Origin: Hypanus sabinus | Taxonomy: Eukaryota | DNA length: 64,000 bases | Direction of reading: 5' to 3' | NCBI RefSeq assembly: GCF_030144855.1 | Contig: NC_082711.1 | Location: forward strand, 58,838,001-58,902,000 | Shown here: positions 59,711 through 64,000 of the stretch, piece by piece | Numbering within the stretch: the stretch's first letter is position 1 | Layout: the number at the start of each line of letters is the position of its first letter | Notes under the pieces: generated by a model | What the model saw: only the letters and a program-made list of their open reading frames with translations | Told to the model about the DNA's origin: nothing | Databases searched by the model: none | Position numbers and translations under genes: made by a program

Positions 59711-62309
59711 TATCACTGAATCTCCAGGTCGTGGATGATCACCGATCAGTTGAAAAGCACTGGACTACCCACACATGTCTGACTAAACAGGTCAGAGAAT
59801 GGGCATCCTGCGGAGAACAAAATTCCTGACACCCCAAAATCTTTTCATGCCTTCAAGGCACAAGCTGGTAAAATGGTCAGAAACTCAAAGAGCAACTCCC
59901 AAACAAACATATACTCTAAGCACCACCTGCACAGTCTCCTTCAATCCTACTTTACCTTAACATGGAAATATATTGTTATCTTAGTAGATCAAAATTCTGG
60001 CATTCCCTGTGCACCACGTTCGCTGTTAAGGATTGGAGCAGTTCATGAAATAGCTTAACACCACCTTTTATAAGGCATTCAGGGATCAACAAAAGATCAA
60101 GATCCACACACAGTTGTCAAAGTTAATGTATTACTCTTCAAAAAGTTCTGAAGCATGCAAAACTAGTTGTTAGTGGAGGCAGGGCAGAAGGAATGGGGAG
60201 TATCTACAGTCATCAGTAATAATGGTTGCAGATATTAACCCATGGAATGCTGGCCTTTATATCAAGGCACATGAAGTACAAAGTGACAGTAGTTATGGTA
60301 CAAGCAGCACCAAGCCCATACAGAATCATAAAGCACAGAAGCAGACCCTCCAGCCCACCTTGTTGATGCCAACAATGATGTCTGCTCATGCTAATATAAT
60401 TTGCCTGCAATTGGCCCATAACCCTCTACTTCCTTCCTATCAAAATGCTTCTTAAACATTGTAAATGTATCTGGCTCTACATTCCTCCAGACCAGAGAAC
60501 CACTACCTTCATTGTGGAAAAATATGGCTCTCAAATTTCCAGTAATTTCTTCCCTCTCACCTTTAACCTGTGCCCTTGAGTTTACCCAGCTCTGATTATG
60601 ACTACCAACATTTCTCAGTTCAATAGATGTTTATAAGATTACTCCTTATAGCCTGCCCAACCTCACCTTATAATTACAGCCATCCATTCCAGACAACACC
60701 TTTGTGAACATTTAAGTGGCCCCTGTTCAACTCTCAGTTTGAGACTCCTGAGATAAATAAAACAAGTTTAGGATTTTTGTGGAGCCAGACTGGCCAATTC
60801 TCTGGATTATTGGATGTTATTCCAGTTAATACTCCAACACACTTCTAATTTACTTCCTTTTTGAAAACACAAAGAAAAAGTTACACAGTGAAATAATAAA
60901 TTTTCCAGCAAGTCTGGAGGGACTAAAAGGGTTGCAGGAACCAGGGCTCTAAAGAGCCAAAAGAAAAGAACACAGGAATACGAACCATTGTGTGCTGTTG
61001 GGTACATTGGAATCAAATTTATAGGACATTCAGGAGTCCAACAGATGAACTACATATCAATACTTGTAGGTACCTTCCTGCGAATTAAGAGGATACAGTG
61101 CTTGTTGCTTTTATGTTTCAGTACACTGAAAAGATATTGAAAATTAAAATGTAACATTGATATTAATAAAGATAAATGTGCTTTACAGACTGTGAATCAC
61201 AAGCACGCTTTTGCCATGATGCACCAGTAAATTTATTACAGCATTCAAATCACAACAATCCACCAGTCCAAAAAAAAATTGCAACATCACCCCAACTACG
61301 TCACAAGTAGAATCAAAAATGGACTTCGGTGCCATTCATTAAATTATTATATTTCATTTATTCATTGCATGCATATCACTTTCAGAAAGAAGTCAAAGAG
61401 AAAAGAATTGCTTCATGCAGTGGTGCACTGGATTTTTCTATGAGATTAAATATGCAGAATTTGTTATCCGAAACTGGATCCAGGCAGCAGGAAAAAAAAA
61501 CAAAGTGTGCACGATATCAACTAGAAACCATTTTGCAATATGCTTGGTTCAATTTACAACTGAAGCAGACTGCCAAAGATTTGATTTCAATGGTAAAACT
61601 TTGCAAGTGTCGGCTGCATGCCAGCTGGCCAACAGACACTGCATATTGAATTTTCTCCACATGTAACCTGTCAGCAGCTTTTCCACAACGCATTCTAGTC
61701 TTAAGACTGAAAGGATGGACATTGCTATCAGGCGATTTCCACAAATGCATGGTTTGTCATATGCAAACTGTTGTGTAAAAGGTGTCCCTGAAATTTTTTT
61801 AAAGATATGAACTGGTGAGTGAAATTTCGAATCTACATGAAAAAATGTCTAAGTATACTGAAAACTCTTCACAAAAGTTGGCAGAAATCACTGGAAATGA
61901 GATTTCTGAAAAGTCCTCCTTGTTCTCCTCCCCTTCTTCATTGACTTATTTATTCAATGCTTTTTTGGAAAATGATGAATCTGCAGACTCAGTCATGTAA
62001 AATTTGCAATCAATATATTTCAAGTAGAACATTTTGAGAAATTGCTTCAAAGTCATTTTTAAAAATAAACTACAATTATGAGCTTTCAAAGCTCCTTTGA
62101 AAGTCAGTTTTCACAATAAATTTCATTTTTTTCTGCTCTCAGGTTAACGAGAGTCAGGAAAAGACCAGCTGTTCCATAAAGTATATTCCAGTCATATTGC
62201 GCTTAAGGACTAAACCCTGTAGTTATATTTTTGCTACAACCATTAGAAAAGCTACATTTCATACTTTTAACAAAGTGATGTATTCCCTAAGTGCTTTAGA
62301 AAAGGAGTT

Positions 62310-62720
62310 ATCAAAAACTAAAGACAAGCACTGAGCTGTAAAGGAGATATTGAAAAGGATTATCAAAATCCTGATGAAAAATGCAGATTTCGAGAAAAAT
62401 ACCTAAAAAGGAGAGAGCACAGAAGAAATTGTAGAGTTTAGGGCCCTGGTACCTGAAGGCATAGTCACCAGTGGGGCAAATAAAGTTGGAGCAAGCAAGC
62501 AAAAGGTTAGAGAGGCAGAGATAGAGAGGGACAAGGCCATAAACAATGGTACGAATTGTGTAAGTCAAACTCCTGCTATATTGGGATCTATTGTGAATTA
62601 TTAAGCCCCCTGGTAATGATTAAATGTGACTGAATCAATGATGGCAGAATTTGGGCTCAGTATAACAGAAGATTAAAGGCAAGAATACAGATTTGCTGGA
62701 GTGAAACTAGTAGAGTCTGA
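62310..62720 (-). mobile_element. L2 LINE 3' fragment (old)
   Basis: actgagctgtaaaggagatattg...gagtttagggccctggtacctgaaggcatagtcacc resembles the L2 3' region. Confidence 0.6.
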
Positions 62721-62829
62721 TGTCATACTGATCAATCGATTTTTGTTTAACTTATACAACATTAACTAGTCAGCTAACAAAAACCACTGCAACTATGGGC
62801 AAGATCATTACAATGACACAGGAGGCAAC

Positions 62830-63115
62830 CAATCTGGTCTACACCAGCTCCCATCAGATCTAACCTGTCCTATTCCTTCTCTCATTATACTTTCACATGC
62901 CCAATGAATTGACAGTAAAAAAAGCTATACCAAGAAGTGATGTACAATAACTTAATAAAATTTCTTGTATGTCTTAGGAATGTGGGTGGAAACTGGACCA
63001 GCCAGCAGAAACCCACACAGTCATGGGAAAAATGTGCAAACTCCACAGGGACAGAGCCAAGGCCGAATCCACTGCCTTGACTGTAAGACAACCATAATAA
63101 TTGCTGTACCACTTC
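62830..63115 (-). mobile_element. HE1/V-domain-like tRNA SINE
   Basis: tgtgggtggaaactgg...gaaacccacacagtcatggg...tgtgcaaactccacag is the reverse complement of the V-domain block. Confidence 0.78.
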
Positions 63116-63374
63116 TGTATAGGTAACTAGAAACGCTGGCCACTGTAGCACGTCTTACATTGCATTCCCCCCAATAGTCTTAAAATCTGTCTTGAGTGCA
63201 TCTTCAGCACAATTTTGCTCTCCATTAGGGATATATAAATACTGTTGTGCATGTCTGCCCTTTTCTGAATGGAACAGTCTCCAGAGTCAATCTGTATTTT
63301 CAGTGGCATTCCCTCTAATAAGCTCTTCAACCTTCATTCACACCATCCAGTCCATAAAACAACTGTACATACAA

Positions 63375-64000
63375 CTCAGAATCTAGATTATTATTGTCTT
63401 ATATGATGTGAAATTTGCAATTTCGCAGCAGCACTATAGGGCAAAAACATAAAAATAATTACACATCACAAAATAAATAGTGAGAAAATGATTAATGAGG
63501 TAGTGACTGTAGATTCATATATCATTCAGAAATCTGATGCTGGGGAGAGAGGAATAAGTTGTTCTTGAATTTCTGAGTGAGAGTCTTCATGTTCCTGCAC
63601 ATATTTCCTAATGGTAGTAAAGAGAAGGCTGCATATCCTGGATGATGGGAATCCTTAATAATGGATGCTGTCTTTTGAAGCTGGGAGGTTTGTGTGTCTA
63701 ATGGGAGTTGACTGAATTGGCAACCCTCTGCAGCTTCTTGCGATCCTGTGCATTGGAGCCTCCATATCAGGCTCTGATGCAACCAGTCAGAATGCTGCCC
63801 ACCCCATCTACAGAAGTTTGGAAGAGTGAGGGCATACCAAATCATCTCAAGCAAGTAGACATGTCTTCTTTATTAGTGCATTAATATGCTGGGCCCAGAA
63901 CTGATCCTCAGAGATATTGACACCCAGAAACTCAAAGCTGGTCACCCTTTCCACTGACCCCTCAATGAGGTCTGGTGTGTGTTTCCTCGACTTCCTCTTC
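63375..64000 (-). mobile_element. Rex1/Babar LINE 3' fragment, runs off the window
   Basis: TASIIKDSHHPGYAAFSLLPLG, plus FLGVNISEDQFWAQHI-type sequence. Confidence 0.85.

Noticed and set aside
61715-61810. Short ORF starting MDIAI, resembling the alpha-crystallin B N-terminus
   Set aside because: Similarity ends after five residues and a stop follows at about 31 aa, so it is coincidence.
61815-62000. 61-aa ORF from the track
   Set aside because: GTG start that coincides with a splice-donor motif, low-complexity sequence and no known domain.
1-64000. CRISPR arrays, prokaryotic operons, rRNA genes or host coding exons
   Set aside because: None seen. The DNA is vertebrate-like, and every recognisable coding remnant is transposon-derived. 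Small exons could have been missed by eye.

Overview
AT-rich, repeat-dense vertebrate genomic DNA. The repeat set (HE1/V-domain-like tRNA SINEs, many CR1 and Rex1/Babar LINE fragments, Penelope 3' ends) points to a cartilaginous fish, probably a ray or skate; this is an inference. I found no host protein-coding exon I can support, so the window looks like a large intron or a gene desert. The main feature is a young, GC/CpG-rich, full-length 4.17-kb Ty3/Gypsy retrotransposon of the CsRn1 clade on the minus strand (17320-21493). It has 215-bp LTRs differing at 2 positions, an ATAC target-site duplication (TSD), a tRNA-Trp primer-binding site (PBS), a CHCC gag knuckle and a G_GGA_AAC slippery site followed by a predicted pseudoknot. 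Its ORFs are broken by small deletions, and no polypurine tract (PPT) abuts the 3' LTR. Also present: a 1.2-kb solo LTR nested in a Penelope element, many Penelope 3'-end and fold-back mini-insertions carrying minimal hammerhead-ribozyme relics, a Penelope-CR1 composite sharing one 12-bp TSD, hAT and Tc1/mariner MITEs, a Deu-domain SINE, and several repeat-free islands with homeodomain or TCF motif clusters that may be conserved enhancers. Most ORFs in the supplied track are LINE debris or noise. Boundaries of old, decayed repeats are approximate.
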